Notes: generated by a model from the letters alone, not told the origin. A DNA stretch of 63,477 nucleotides, filler included, from Choristocarpus tenellus KU-1152 (GCA_964200185.2; 11 parts of 11 records of this genome joined end to end with filler, not necessarily neighbours in it); one strand, 5' to 3'. Shown: positions 1 to 14,412, counted from the whole stretch's first letter. Numbers and translations: made by a program.

Positions 1-170
1 CTGCACCATCCTCAATTTTGAGAAATCCCTGTTCTAGGTCTTACTTGCACTGACACTAAAAACCAATACAGAAGTCTTGTGCCAGACAAAAGGCAGATAT
101 ATCACTCAAGTCCACTAAGAGAAGAAAATAAACAGATGGAAAAGCACAATTCAAGGATCAGCTCAGCTTT

Positions 171-422
171 ATGAACCACATTTTGTTCAAGAAGAAGAAC
201 ATATCCACAAGATGCACTTCGGAGCATCTAGGTCATGAATCCTTACACCTGCTAGGAATGACCGACTACCATCAACACCAAGAAGAGAAAAAAAAGAGCT
301 CACTAGATATTATCAAACGTATTTCGTGGCAAGGAGGCCGCTTTTGCGTGACAGGCTGTTGTGGCTGCCTTGAGAGTCAAAGTAAACGAGAGGTACCCAT
401 TGTTGTATTTCAAGGATGCTGA
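171..422 (+). pseudogene. Possible Copia GAG-pre-integrase remnant
   Basis: HLGHESLHLL...CCGCLESQSKREVP resembles the HxRLGH...CxxC..K..R.P zinc-binding region. Very degenerate. Confidence 0.3.
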
Positions 423-689
423 CAAATTTGTGCAAAATTGGGCCTTTTTACAAATGTGTGTAGGACATTTCGTGAATTCTGTCGAAAAGTTTCAAACAAT
501 AGAGAATTCAACTCTCTCAAGTCAAACTTAGCACTTCATCCATAGAAACATGTGTGAATCGCAGAAGAGTGAAAAACTCATTTAAAAGGCAAAACGACCA
601 AAACCTGGGTACCTCTCGTTTACTTTGGCTCTGACCTTAGCGGTAGTATATGCTGATGATGATGGATCTTGCTCCAACCTCAACACATC

Positions 690-1340
690 CGTGCCACCTG
701 TTTGGGTTTTCTGCAAGCGAAACTCACAGGGCACTGAGCAGTTGCTATGATGTCGAAAGCCTCAACAAGGTCATGTTGGAGGCAACACCACCACCAGTTT
801 TTTTTCTGGACCTCCCTTCTCCCCATTTGGTTTTCTCCGTGGTAAGTTCTTCGAGCATTATATTTCTGAACAAGCGATCATAATCTATTCGCAAACACAA
901 ATCCTGAAATTAGCAGCCTCCCTTTGTGGATACTGACCTCAATAATGCATTCACACCCAGTTCTCTTAAGAGATTCCCTATAAGACATAGGTTGGTCCAT
1001 TGTACGTTTCACTTTGTGGAACCCAGTACAACTATGTAGGGATTTGCAATGCTGGGCTAGAAGTAGGGGGTAGTGGTCCTTTTTTGAGTCCACATCTTGC
1101 AGCCGTACGATGCAGCCGTACGATGCAGCCGTACAAATTCGACTTTGAGCATCCAAATATTTAGCTCATGTGTTACACCTATTGCGCTTGGTAATATATA
1201 ACTCTTTGGGGTAAATCTTGAAACGACCCTGTGCCTTTTGGATACGAAGTTGGATCTCGGCGATGATATCAGCATTATCAGCAAGTGAACCTCCAAAATA
1301 GACAAACTTGACTTGAAAACATTTGTCTTCCGAGCTCAAT
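690..1340 (-). mobile_element. Decayed RTE-type LINE, C-terminal part of the RT ORF
   Basis: Frameshifted motifs FVYFGGSLADNADIIAEIQLRIQKA, LNIWMLKVE..SYGCKMW, MSYRESLKRTGCECI..RLLISGFV. Contains a 13-bp triplication (TGCAGCCGTACGA) at about 1098-1135. Confidence 0.8.
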
Positions 1341-4300
1341 CTGTGTTCTGGTACTACTGGTGTAGCACTATATAATAACAAGACAGTAGTACTACAATAT
1401 ACACGCATATACGAAGTTACCATTGATTTGGACATGGTACCACCGTTTAACTCACTCACATCAACGAATCTTTTTTTCAAACCGATTTCACCACTGTGAA
1501 GAGCATGCTCTCTAATTGGTCTGTTTTCACATATCACATTCAAGTGACATTTGTAATTTGAGGAACTTGAAGAAGGGTGAAATCAAGGCATCGGTTTGAA
1601 ATCCTCAGTTCTTCCAGTCAAACAGTAGGCACACCAAACTTCCAGAAGATGTCCAAGATTATCACGAAAGAAAAAATCTGGCAGTGAGTGGTGGAAAAAA
1701 GGAAACAGCAAGAAGGGCTCCTATCGTGGCAACATAAAGTGAGTTGACGAGACGTCTGAGAGCAATGCTCAGATCCTGTCAAGGTTTTGACTTAAATCTA
1801 AGAAGGATGCTGGTGTTATGGGTCCTGACATGAATTGGAGAAGAAGGGGAATTCTGACAAACAAAGCTACCGACATCGTCGATGACCTACGACATGCCCT
1901 CGAAAAGTTATCCTCAAACATAACTTTACAACACAGCGGGCCCTGATGGATGAGCTGAGTATCCCCCTGTCCCCTCTGCATGACAACATGATATTTGACC
2001 TGTTTTTCACTCATTACCCTCAACAACTCTTGTTTAAAACTTTCGTTGAGTAGTCTGAACTCCCAAAATTTGTCAGTTCGACCGACCGTCCGACCACGAT
2101 TTATTGGTCCGACCGTCCAACCGAACCAGCAAAGACGATCCTGCATCCTCCACAACAGCTTCGTGATTTCACACTAGATAGCAAATCATTGCTAGTGTGC
2201 TGCCCTAAGCTCTCTCGCTCCACGCGTTTGGTTCACCGCTCTACTCAGTCCAACGATAATCGTGCTTGATCTTGCACATTGTTCACGACGTAGTCATATG
2301 AGCGGAGATTTGGATCTGGACTAACCAGGTGCAACACAGAACATCCATGGCAAACTGCCAGTTGTCTTGACATTATTGTGCTAAGCAGACTGGGAAGTGG
2401 ATGAAGCATTTGAGGGGTGGAAATAAATACGTACAAATTTGTGCGAGAGGATAGAGGTAGGGATGAGAAGAATTGTGGAGGAGCCAGGAAACTAATTTCG
2501 ACCTTGAAGTTGGTGTATCAGTACTTGCAGAGATGTCTCTACGACCATTTCCAGATGGACATGCAGGCCAATTGCATCTCTTTCTAATGGCAATCCTCTT
2601 CAAGCTCTTCTGCATCAATGCTTCTGAAGTTGCCATTGATCCTGTGAGAGACTCATCCCATCAAAGTCATGGTGTCCATCCTTCGGCTTCCCACCAGGTA
2701 CGCCCAGACGCATCCTGCAAGCGGTGCACCCCTTGCGTTATTCAGAGATGAACCCGTGCTCCAAGTCGACGCAATCGATGTCATTGTGGAGGAAGTATCG
2801 GCAGTCGCCTTTGTGTCGAGCAGTACCTACGGGGAGGTATCCCCCTTTGCATGTACGACTCATTCAATCGAATCACGCCGAACCCCCTCCATCACCTCCC
2901 GCCCGTTCAGGACCCAGTGACAGAGGTTGCACCCATCGCCCCCATCAAAAGCTCGAGAGTGGAAGGAAAATTAGAGGGTGAAGATGAACAGGGTATTGGG
3001 GGCACCGGGAAAATGCCACCCGAAGGGACTGGTCAAGGTCTGGATGAGGAACTGAGCTTGGTCGTGTTGGAGCCAGGCCAGGATATAGGACACTATCGAC
3101 TGCAGGTGAGGAGGTTGGGGCGAGGGAGGAACATGTGCTAGCAGGGGAAAGAAAAAAAGTGAAGCAGTTCTTGACTGGAAACTGTACTTCAAGAGTTGTA
3201 GTCCAGAGATTCTACCAGCAAATTGAATTAGCCCAACAAATGGCGGTGATGGAAGTCCGAATGATCATTGTGATGTAGTTGCTTTTGCTCCGCATCTACC
3301 GGTCAAAACGAGATATATAGTGTTAATCTTCTGGTGCGATGCTGCAGTAGTAGTTTGTGTTCTACAGTATGTGCAGTCTCTTACGCCTATTTTGCTGGAT
3401 GTCTTTGTTGATGGACGCTGTACAACCATATTTGAAAATTAATTGGGAGCAAGGGGTCATTCCTCCATTTGCTGTTGTAGGTTTTATTGGGCAGCACCAC
3501 TAGTCTGATCCAGGTGTATTGCTTTGCCCTCGGCAGTGATAAGTGGCGAATGCACACCGAACTCCATTTTCATAGGCTTCATCAAAGCTGGCATGCTGTG
3601 GTGATATCAAACTGCCTGCTTCTCTTTGCTGGTGACATTTCCACAGACAAGAAAAAGGCCTTAACACGTAGAGCTCTATGGTATGTGTTGTGTGGAGTTT
3701 GTTGCTGGGATTGAGGCGTGTCGAAATATTGATTTTGGGACCCCATTGACAATAGATCACATGCCCTTCACATCAACGTTCGAGCAACAGAGATTGTCAC
3801 TTCCGATAATTCGTTTGAACCGCATCCACTTCATCGACCTGTTTGCTGAGTGATACTATAAAACAATGCAATAATTGCATGCCATGCCAAGCTGACATGG
3901 ACACATGGTGTAGGTGACGATGAACATTAATTGTGAGCGTCAGATTATAAGTTATCTTGCCGTTTATTCTACAGTACCCTTTATTGTCAACAAATAGTTT
4001 TGCTCCCTGCTAACTCTAGAGCTACCTTTTACTGATAACAAAGAGTAATTGCTACTGTTATGTTATTACAGAGTACCCTTTTTTGGCAAACAAGAGCAGT
4101 TCTGCCTGTCAGTACTAGAGTATGCTTAATTGGTCCCAAGTATCTCAATGGTAAGAATCTGACTCGTACAGCCTCACTTGAGTACAACATAGCATCAATC
4201 AAAACGTCTCCGATAGTTCTCTGAAGGATCACTTCTAGGACCACGTTACTAAAGAGGACTAGATATGTGTACGCAATAGCTTGTGTCGAGAAGACACAAT

Positions 4301-4740
4301 AGTGTTACTATAGAGTGTGTAATGGCCACCACTTGAGTACTACCATGTCCCAAACATCAACATTAACGTGTGTGTGAGTCTTGTAGAAAAAAATCGAAGT
4401 GCGTGTTGATGTCAGGCGTTTCCCTCCAGCCCCTTCCTTTTTCTAGTATTAGAAAAAGGAACGCTCCGACATCTCGCCCATTTTGTTTCGGTGAATCAAC
4501 AGTCAGCATCCCCAGTGGTCTTTACTTTACTGTACTTCTCACTTCAGCGGAGCTCAACACACTGTGGCTGGTCAGTTCAGACAGAATCCTTCACCTTGTA
4601 TCTCAACAATTCCTGATCTGGTCATGGTCGTGCTCAACTCACTAGTCCGCTGCAGTCCTATTCGAACTCCATACCTCCTTTGCAGTTGCATTCCCCCCCC
4701 CTCGCAACCATAAAACAACCTAAAACATAGTACACAGAAA

Positions 4741-4840
4741 NNNNNNNNNNNNNNNNNNNNNNNNNNNNNNNNNNNNNNNNNNNNTTAATTAATTAANNNN
4801 NNNNNNNNNNNNNNNNNNNNNNNNNNNNNNNNNNNNNNNN
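4741..4840. other. Artificial contig linker (N44-TTAATTAATTAA-N44), one of ten
   Basis: Identical 100-nt spacer with stops in all six frames. The others are at 8483-8582, 11765-11864, 22785-22884, 29563-29662, 38081-38180, 42699-42798, 45776-45875, 50211-50310 and 59534-59633. Confidence 0.97.
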
Positions 4841-6124
4841 GGGGATGGAGGGGAAGGGAGGAAGGGGGAAAAGGAGGGGGGGGGAAAAGGGAGGGGGGGG
4901 GGGGGGGGGGGGAAGGGCAATGGGGTAAAGGGCAAGAAGGGTACTGGTGAGAAGAAGAAGAAGAAGAAGAAGAAGCAGATCACGTTTGAGCAGTACCAGG
5001 TGAGAGGTACATTGTCTCTGGTACAGATATGTTGCCCTTTGATTTTTTCAGAGCAACCCCTCCCCCCCCCCCCCTTGAGTTCTAGGGGACGTTCACAGTC
5101 CTTAACGAAGGGTAATAAGGAGTGCCTTGGAAAGGTATGTGTGTGTGTATGTATGTATGTATGTACCAGTGCCTGATATTAGATCTTTCAACACCACCAT
5201 GAGCAGTCAGTGGGGGCATGGTGGTGAGCCCTTTGAAGAGTTGTGGTACAAAGCCAGTGTGTACTGAGAAAAAAGAAAGAGAAGTGAAACAACAGTGGTG
5301 TCGTTTCAGAAGAAAATAAAAAAATGTTACTGCATTTTTGGGGTCTCAGTCAACAAAATCCGAGGTGTTGCGGTCTAGAGGTTGAGCAACAGACCAGTGA
5401 AATTTCTTATGTGTAACACACAGGTAGTGGAGACAATCAATCGCTAGTGGCTGGTGGCCTGTTTCTATCTTAGGAGGTTCACATACACACCCCACCACCT
5501 CACCCCTCAACTGAACTACAGTGCCTACCTTCCTGGGGACATTGGCTCCAATGGGTGCAAACTGTTGAAATACCACAGGCAATGGTGGTGCGTCCCCATG
5601 TGATGGCTATGTATGACCTCATTCTAAGCCGGGCCCTGCACACCCAACCTATAAGAACCACAGCAGAGTTGTGTGCGTAAGGGAGAATCATTTTTTTTTC
5701 TAATACGAGCACGCCGCTCGTGGTAATACCAAACCCCATCCCAATTTATTTTGGGGGGGGAGGAGGGGGGAAGGGAGGTTACTTTTATGACTGTTTCAGT
5801 ACCGTTAATGTATGGAGTAAATATTGAAAATACTAGATCTTCACTGCTACTTTACTGAAAAATCCCTGAGACTTGCGGTTGGAACTGTACAATCGTGAAA
5901 TGTATCTGCATACTTTCAACTTCTAGCTGATGAGGGCATAATTGAAAAATCCTCGTCAGTGCACGCCTTCTAATTGAAAAATCCTTTGCATGTGTTTCTG
6001 CGTGTCTACGTGTGCATTTCCCCGCCCCCCTGTGTTCGTGCACCCATTCCTCTCTTGTTGTTTCAAGTTCAAATTCGCAATGATGTGTATGGGTGTATAT
6101 CAATGTATTTATATATATGTATAT

Positions 6125-6161
<37 letters not shown>

Positions 6162-7793
6162 CCTGTTGTTGTATCCGTTTTGGGCCTGTGTGTCCGCGTG
6201 ACAAAGCACTCACACTTGACTCATGTTTTGTGTACAAGAAACGCCTCTTGAATTGTACTTCATCGTACTTCATTGTACTTGGACGTGCGTGTGTACATGC
6301 ATTTTTCATGTGCTGCAGACTATCACCAACACCATCGTGACATACATGAGGCAGCAGGAAGACAAGGGGGTACCCTCTGGGGGTAGCGGAGGAGGGGACG
6401 GGGGTGGGAGCACGTCCGGTAGGGGTATGTTGTGGAAGGATGTGGTAACATGGTACTGCCAGCAGCACCAAGCTGAGCTGTCTAGGGAGGATGATTTGTA
6501 CCAAATGCAGAAGCTTGTCTCTCAGGTAGGGGAAGAGGGAGGGCGGAGGAGAAGAAGGGGGTGAGGGGACCTGCTTGCGCAGACAATCCCTTTTAGTGTA
6601 TACCTTTCTTTTTTTTTGTCAGTGTTGTGTGTGTTGTTCTTTCAGGGTGCTATAATAGTGAACGAGGCTTGCAAGGTTTTGGGTATATTATTGATTATTA
6701 TTATTATTATTGACTAAGGCGTTGGCGTGCAGTGGTGGCTTTGCCCTCAGATGTATAATGTAGACGCGATAGATTCTGATGAGGAGAAGTAGACTGTGCT
6801 CCCTGACATTTGATGTGATACACGCTCCGATCCCCGTTCCACCAGGTAGTAAAAATATGTTTTATTTTATTTTACTTATTTGTTTATTATTTATAATAAT
6901 AATATATAATTTATTTATTTTTTCGTAAATTCCTGAAGTCTCTTCCCCCCCCACCCATCTCTAAGTTATTTTTGATTGGTTCTAGTCATTGAGTAGAGTG
7001 TTTTTGATTGAAGTGCCCTTGTTCTACATTCTCTTTCACACTTGTTGCCCGACTCTCTCGCCCGCCCCCTCTACTCCCTTGCACTTGTGTGGCATTTGCT
7101 GGCTTGCCTGTTTTGGTCTCGATAAATGCCTACGGCTATTGCAAGTGCTCAAAGTGGGCTGGTACAAAAACTGTTTAGGGGTTTTGATGAAGTATAGAGT
7201 GCTGTGTTTACGTGTGTGAATCATTGAGTCAAAGTATTTTAGGGTTAGGGTAGAGCCGCGTCCGTTTGGGGGCCGAAATCCATTTTTTTTTTATCTTTGA
7301 TGTAATTTTTGGCTATCGTGTCTGTTAGGAAGTAAGTGTCAATACCCTTGTTCCGGACGCACCTTTTCATCTTGTATACATTTCACTTCAAAACAATTTC
7401 GGAATAGGTATAATGTCATTTTTAAAATCCCATGGGAAGCCAAAAGCTTCATTAACGAACAAACAGGGCAAAACTCGTTTTTAATACAAATCCCTCTCTT
7501 AATAAGATAATTTCACTCGTTTGTAGTTGTGAAGTACTTGTATAGTCATTAATAAAAAAATTAATAAAAAAAACGTTTACGCTTGTGCAACATTCAAGAA
7601 GAAATTGTATTTACTTTTCCCACTACTTTCAATGCACTGGCCTGCGTCACCTACCTTGTTCACCCCCTCTGTGCAGGTAATCAAGCGCCTCATCACCAAA
7701 GATGGCTACCTGGTGTACCAAGGAGATCCTGATGAAGACGCCCTAGATGAGGATAAACTCATTGCGGTTCACCCCAACTTTGATGTACCCTAA
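4841..7793 (+). CDS. MCM6: MCM6 DNA replication licensing factor, 3' partial (C-terminal winged-helix/Cdt1-binding domain)
   Basis: Exons <4841-4999, 6319-6525 and 7677-7793 with GT-AG phase-0 introns give KKKQITFEQYQ|TITNTIVTYMRQQE...MLWKDVVTWYCQQHQAELSREDDLYQMQKLVSQ|VIKRLITKDGYLV...DKLIAVHPNFDVP*. This fits the MCM6 C-terminus pattern (F.EY..I...IV..LR; VV.WY; VI.RL...D..L; VHPNY). Confidence 0.9.
7226..7518 (+). mobile_element. MITE family 1 (in MCM6 intron)
   Basis: GAGTCAAAGTAT...AGATAATTTCACTC termini; body shared with eight other copies in the window. Confidence 0.85.
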
Positions 7794-10190
7794 ACAGTCA
7801 ATTCATCCTCGTCTGTATAGAGCCAGTCTGTATAGAGTCAGCTCCTTCTTGTGTTTTCTTGTTGGACTGGTGCCGAGTGCACTTATCAGTTACCTCACAG
7901 GAAAGGCACTGGAGTACAACTTTAAAGTGGGTGGGTAGGCCATGTTTCATCCCGTGAAGTGTCGTAATATATATATATATTATTTTTTTGTTGTGAGTGT
8001 CTGGATGTTTCATTTCTTAGCTGTGGAGAAGTGCAACGTATTCCTGTGTGTAATATTGGATTTCGATTTAGTGTGTACAGTATGACTAAGAATTAAACCG
8101 TTGACAGTAGTACATGTGGAATTTATCATTGTACCAATTGGGGTAAATGTATAGCGTTACACACACGCCTCCGCTTGGCTTCAATTTCTCACTGGGCGAA
8201 GGTCAGGAATTTTCCGGATAAGGGGGTGGCCTGACTACTGAACACCCTCAATTAGAAACGCTGAAACCATGACCCACTGCAGGGGAAATTGTTTAGTGTT
8301 GTTGTTAGTGTCATTATTATTATTTGTAGCGATTGATTTAATCCAATTCAATTACGTCGCAGTTTAAAAGGAAACCGAAAATATCGGAATCAATCATTAC
8401 TCGATTTTTATTATTTTTATCAACTCTGGAATGCTCAGAGGGGTGAAAGTATCTGGGGGGTGAGGGGGGGGGGGTTGTGAGGNNNNNNNNNNNNNNNNNN
8501 NNNNNNNNNNNNNNNNNNNNNNNNNNTTAATTAATTAANNNNNNNNNNNNNNNNNNNNNNNNNNNNNNNNNNNNNNNNNNNNCCCCCCCTCCAAGATACT
8601 TTGGGTCAGAGAGAGAAATGTGTGACGCAGAATGTTGCGGCAATAGCCTAGTTGTGCACTATCGAGCATACACCGTGGACTTGCGGATGCCTCATATATA
8701 TGACGTTGTGTTGAGGGGGGGATACATATGCAAAGATCATCTCATTGATTTGTACCAACTCCCAACTCTCCTCCCAAATGTCCTAACCAAATTGAAGGCT
8801 AGAAAGCAATTAGGATATTTATCTTAGAAAGAAATTGAAGTCAAACTTACCCACTAGCAATTTCCTAGAGTAATCCTTTGGGGACCGAAATGGTAAACCA
8901 TCAAATTAAAGTAGAACGGATTATTGATGATCCCAAAAACGAATTATCCGATTGAAGCGACCGATACTCATTTTCCCTGCCAATCAAAATGCTCCAAAAA
9001 GTTGTATGGTATACAGAGAAGACTCAACACTCCTTTGGGTTGATGATAGATCTGCTTGCTATCTTTACTAGCATGTCATACCCTTCCGCTGCATCAGCCG
9101 AAACCCCAATCGTCAGGCAGAAACTGGGACTATATCACCACAATAGGACGTATATACACGAAGAGGTATCAAGCCAAACTTTACTGTGGTGCGGAGAAGT
9201 TGTCAACTGTGTACTGGCAGCCGTTGCACCGATGCTTCAACCTGTGTTAACCCAGAACTCCTAGCCAGCTGTCTGTACTGCCTTAAATACTGAACCTTCC
9301 TCTGTTCCCGGCAAACACGGTACCTTGTTCGCTCAAATAAAAAAAAACAATGCATCAAAACCCGTTCGACCAGTCATATCCGTTCCCCAGCCGGTGCTTT
9401 GATCCCTACCTGCTTTAGTCACAGACAGGGCGAAAGATAGAAGTCGGCACGATTTGGGCAAAAGCTATGACAACACTGTATCTACCAGGACGTTTTGATC
9501 GAAAATTTCTTTTAACTCATCACCGGCTTCTTTAAGCTCCTCTGGAGTGTTCGGAGAAGCCGCTATGGTACTGGTCAGTGTTCAGAAAGGGTGTGAATTT
9601 GATCCACTGGTGCTATATGACCTACAACAAATTGAGGAGATATCTTAACACCATGGTTGAAAGGGTTGACAATATTGACTAGCCCACTGTTCCAATAAAT
9701 TTGGAAGAGTGTTCACTTCTGAGGATGTTATTGCATAAACAAAATGGGGTCCGAGGCAGTGGATTGTAACTTGGTCATTTTGAGTGATTAACCATTGTAC
9801 GTTTTTCACTGCAGGGTTGGAGCCCAAACAATTGTTAAAAAGATGTAATTAAGACAAGTGTTAGTTCAAATGCATCATCAGGTGGCCGATTTGGTGAACA
9901 ACTTGGCTGGTTGTCCACTTCTGGGTCGGATCCCAAAGAAAATGGTAAAGATCTGGTGTAAGCAGGCGTCGCCCATATCTTGTCTTACTTAGCCTATCTG
10001 AGTGGCAATTTGTCGCAACATTGCTCACTACTGGTTAGGAAACCAATGGGAAAAAAAGCGTGACCGAGACATTTATTGTTCAAGTATCATTAGTTAGCCT
10101 ATTTGAGTGACAACCTATCAAACACAGGTTCGTTCACAACTGGGTAGGATACCATGAACTAGGAAAGGTAAAAAAAGAAGAAAGAAGAAC

Positions 10191-10448
10191 GAGTTAAAGT
10201 ATCTTGGAGGGTAGAGCTGTGTTCATTTGGGGGCCAAAATCCAATGTTGCAATTTTGATGTAATTTTGGCTATCGTGTTTGTTAGGGAATGTCAATTCCT
10301 TGTTTCGGGACACACCTTTTCATAACGTATGCATTTTACCTACTCCTAAACATTTTGGAGTAGGAAAATGTCACTAAAAAAAACATGTAAGATAAGCCCC
10401 AAATGGATAAACAGGGAAAATATCGTACCCTCTAAGATACTTTCACTC
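10191..10448 (+). mobile_element. MITE family 1
   Basis: TIRs GAGTTAAAGTATCTTGGAGGGTA / TACCCTCTAAGATACTTTCACTC; central hairpin CCTACTCC-TAAACATTTT-GGAGTAGG. Confidence 0.9.
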
Positions 10449-11864
10449 AATTGTCCTTAAATCATACATAGTTACGCCTTTTCTCCCTCCATTATCTGCC
10501 TCAAAGAATTTGATATCTTTATTGTCTTTGGCAGAAAGAATTTTCACCATAAATGGCGGCTAGAACGACGTGCTGTACTTATCTGTCCTCGAGTAACTTC
10601 AACCAGGTTGAACGCGGCTGTCAGGATTGAGACGGCTAGCTCGAAATCATGAAGGCTGCCACGTATCAATTCTCTGAGTATGTACTGACTGCCATTATCC
10701 TCTATGGCTTCCATCAAGACTTCATGTTCCTCTCCAATTTCGCCCCAAACCGCAACTCGATACCCCGATGTGTATCAAATGGAAGGGGACCCTGGTGTTT
10801 CTGTCGCCTTCCTTTCTTGCTTCTGTGAGTCTCCCAGGGTATGCCTTCGACTAAATCAGTCGTAAGGATTGCGGGTGTGCCAAGTGGGTTTGGTGGAGGT
10901 GACGAGATCTTATCTAGAGATGGTTGAGTATTGCCTTTGCATACTCTCAAACTCGTACTTGTCTTCGTCCACATTTTTGTTTGATATTGCCATGATATGA
11001 CTTCTAACTTGGTGAAATCCCCTTTAGACTGTCGGCGTGAGTACCACTGTCGTGAGGCAGGATCAAATCAGCCGTGAGGGGTGTTCAGAACCACCAGTGT
11101 GTCACGGTGGGGTGCTTCCAGCAAACCCAAAGCTCCCTCGGTTATCAAATCTTAGGAAAAGTTTCGATGGGGTCTCAGATCCGACGGGTGATATCACATC
11201 TTTGTGAATGTTCAACAGTAAGTGGATGAGGGTCCTCAAACCTTTCTGTGTTTAATATTTTTTGGGAAAGTCACCAATGACAAAGAAATGTGCGCGCGAT
11301 GCACTTGTGTGTGCGCGTGGATGTGCATGTGGACTGAGATCAGCTCCCAAATAGTGGAATGCTTCAAGGCCGTAAGTGTATGTAGATACCAAAACTGGAA
11401 CTATTATTAGTAAGTGGGAAATTCCTAAAGAAAAAATACAATATATTTAAAGTTGAAGCTCACATTAAGGGAAAATTAGCTACTTCTGAAGGAATAGAAA
11501 TTATATATTATTATGCCCTCCGACGTTTTCCAGTTGTGTCAGGGGGTAAACCAATCAAAACTATTCACATGTCAGTACAAGCGCTAAAGAAGAAAAATAT
11601 GTTACAAATGTGAGAACCACTCTATTTTTATTATTACGCCCTCTGAAGGTTGGTAATAATATGAACACTGAACTCACTACTTTTTATTTATTTATTTTTT
11701 GTAACAACTCTCTGTGATCTTGAATCCTTATGTCTTTCTAATGTTATTTATTTTTAGTTCTCATNNNNNNNNNNNNNNNNNNNNNNNNNNNNNNNNNNNN
11801 NNNNNNNNTTAATTAATTAANNNNNNNNNNNNNNNNNNNNNNNNNNNNNNNNNNNNNNNNNNNN

Positions 11865-12180
11865 GTCGTTGGATTTGAGTTGTACATCCTGGAAGGTGAG
11901 ATTGAGGGGCGCCTGTAACAGATACAGAGTTGGCCTGGTTGTCAGGGTGGGGATGGATGTAACCACCTTAATATTGACCTTCATTGGACTTCCCTACCAC
12001 CAGGATTTTATGCAGATAAATTCTGTAGAGTGCGATGTGCGAATTTAGCGAGGACTCGACTAAGATAGAAACCAGAGGAAGAAAGGAGGTGGAAGCCTCA
12101 CACATCCCCCTTCACTAGAACGTGAACGTCACATGTTCTGAAAATTAGAAGAGCGACTGGGGTGTGCTCTTAGTCACCTT
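11865..12180 (-). mobile_element. LTR retrotransposon 3' remnant (PPT plus LTR start), abutting a TGTTACAGGCG-type LTR
   Basis: Minus-strand GAAGGGGGA-TGTGTGAGGCTTC is homologous to 62550-62640; TGTTACAGGCG starts near 11920 on the minus strand. Confidence 0.5.
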
Positions 12181-14412
12181 TTTATTTCATAGTATATCTA
12201 CCAATAGAATTCCTTCATCACATCATATATAAAAATGTCATGAATGTGTGGTCGTATATTACTGTCTTGTCACTATATTAGTCACACAAGAAACATACCA
12301 GTGTCATCATTAGGTCATCAGCCTAGTCTTGCTATAATACTAATAGAGGAAACGAGAGTGGTTGAGGTACCAAGTCACTACAAAAAACACCAATCGTACG
12401 AATGTATAGCAACCACTTCTTCCTGTCCTAGGATGAAACTTTCCACAAGCCTCCCTTAAGCCATTTCAGTCCCAACGAACAGATTCCTGAGGAAATCAAA
12501 CCAAGTTTGTGGTCACGCATTGAGTTTTGAAATTGAGAGTGTGGTTAACGCCAACTTTAGGTGTGTTCGATTTCCAGATAGAAAGAGTTTCCATTGTCCG
12601 TGAAGAAATTTCCATGCCTTTCCCACTAAACTAAAGATACTAAGGTCGTGATATTGACCAAGTTCTTGAAATGTGTAGAGAAATTTCAGTGTTGTGGTAT
12701 TCAACACTGAACACGTTGGCATAAGGTGCAAAATGGAGGTTTGTACTTGGACATCAAATAAAAGGGACTATATTAACTGTACAGGTATATTTTTATTATT
12801 TACATATAGGTCTTTCTTTACGATTTGGATATTTTTCTAAGAATAAATGTCTTCGGAAGATTGTCTCCGAAACCCGTAAAGTTATACCCCCTAAAATGTA
12901 TATATTAATGATCTAATTCATTCCCACTATCGCACACAAAACATGAAAGCCATGTCTTCCTAATGAAAGAGTTTTCTTCTTCCACCCAAATTGTTCGAAC
13001 TGATGCTGAAAAGGGGAAATATGCTTCTTGTTGTCCCATGCATATAATGACCATACAAAATCGGCAAATTGGATATATCTAATGAAATAATAAAAGTGGG
13101 AAAAAATTGGTATAAGCAACAAACAGGCTTGTGATACTACTACGTAGAATCATATTTTCAACATGCAAATGTTGAAACAGTACCCAAGGATGTGGGTATA
13201 TAATAATAAATATACCCCGATATATATATCTATAGAAACAAAATGGCTAACCCTAACCCAAACCCAAACCTTAACCCTAGTAGTAAGACAAAACCAATAC
13301 AAAATAGTGTAAGAACAATATATTGATATTTATGTCATTGTTAGGTGCGGTTATTCCATTCTTGTTGAACATTCTCATTTTCACATTAGCACCAGTTCTC
13401 GAACAGTAAATAGAAGCATTATCAGGGGCAGGTCACCAACTATGATGAAGCATTGTGGTGATATATTTTCATTGCGAACAACGATACAAGTAGATCGTAT
13501 CCCTTTATTTTCTTACATATTATACTAATTTTTCAGTTTGATGTTTGTTTGTGACTATCATATGAAAGAATTTACAAACTCTCTTAGACGTGACGTACAT
13601 AGAAGCATGTCAGTTTACACATTCCTTAATAATAGTGAACAAACAACCTTCAAGGAGAGATCGTATTGAGGTAGGTTTCAAATCGTATATGTTTTAGCTT
13701 GTGGTACTGAAGTAGACCATAAAATATAACTCTATTCGTTTTATTTTGGTTGACACAACTACAAAATGTTACGGGTGAAAGAACATATGTATAAAAAGTC
13801 TTACATATAGGTATATTAATAGAAATGAATCACTCAAGTGGAGGTGGTTGTTCATGTGACTGTTGTATGTACTGTTGACTGTTGGTGTTTGGAAGGCCTT
13901 CTAGAGTCAACTTCACATCATAAAACACTTTTAGTCGTTGTGTTTATTGAAACTAATAATGTACTTGTTCCACTTCCTTCCACAACATCTCAAATATAAT
14001 ATTATATAAGATACTATATATTCACAAGTATGAAATGAAGATGCGTACTTTTTCTTTACAATTTACATCATACAGATATATATCTTATCTGTATCTTATT
14101 TTATGTCAGATATTATGTTAGGACAAGAAAGTATTTTACTTGAAGATGTGTATTATTATTGGATTAATGAATATAACAGTTAGAAATCATAACTGACTCC
14201 TAAATGACGCAGTCTGAATCAAATATTCTACCCGCTTTTTTCGACGGAGAAATATTTCACTGTGGCGAGTCCTCTCTCCCAAACTTCTATTCCTCACATA
14301 ACCACCAAAAGCTGTATCTCATATCTCCACAAAGGTTATTTTGGGCAGATCATAGAGATCAACCTTACTCTCAGACTCGCCACTACTTCATCAAAAGTAT
14401 ACCTACTGAACG

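Noticed and set aside
1560-3200. Coding-like decayed sequence
   Set aside because: No recognisable motifs in any frame; probably old TE debris.
4789-4983. Pro/Phe-rich ORF on the minus strand
   Set aside because: Antisense of the low-complexity MCM6 exon, and it runs into the linker.
6770-6830. Hammerhead ribozyme (CTGATGAG core)
   Set aside because: No GAAA after the putative stem II and no closing stems.
6716-6845. tRNA-like gene ending in CCACCA
   Set aside because: No convincing cloverleaf or B box.
8441-8607. Contigs 2 and 3 joined through one MITE-2 copy
   Set aside because: The ends are compatible, but the junction is an artificial linker and this repeat ends several contigs.
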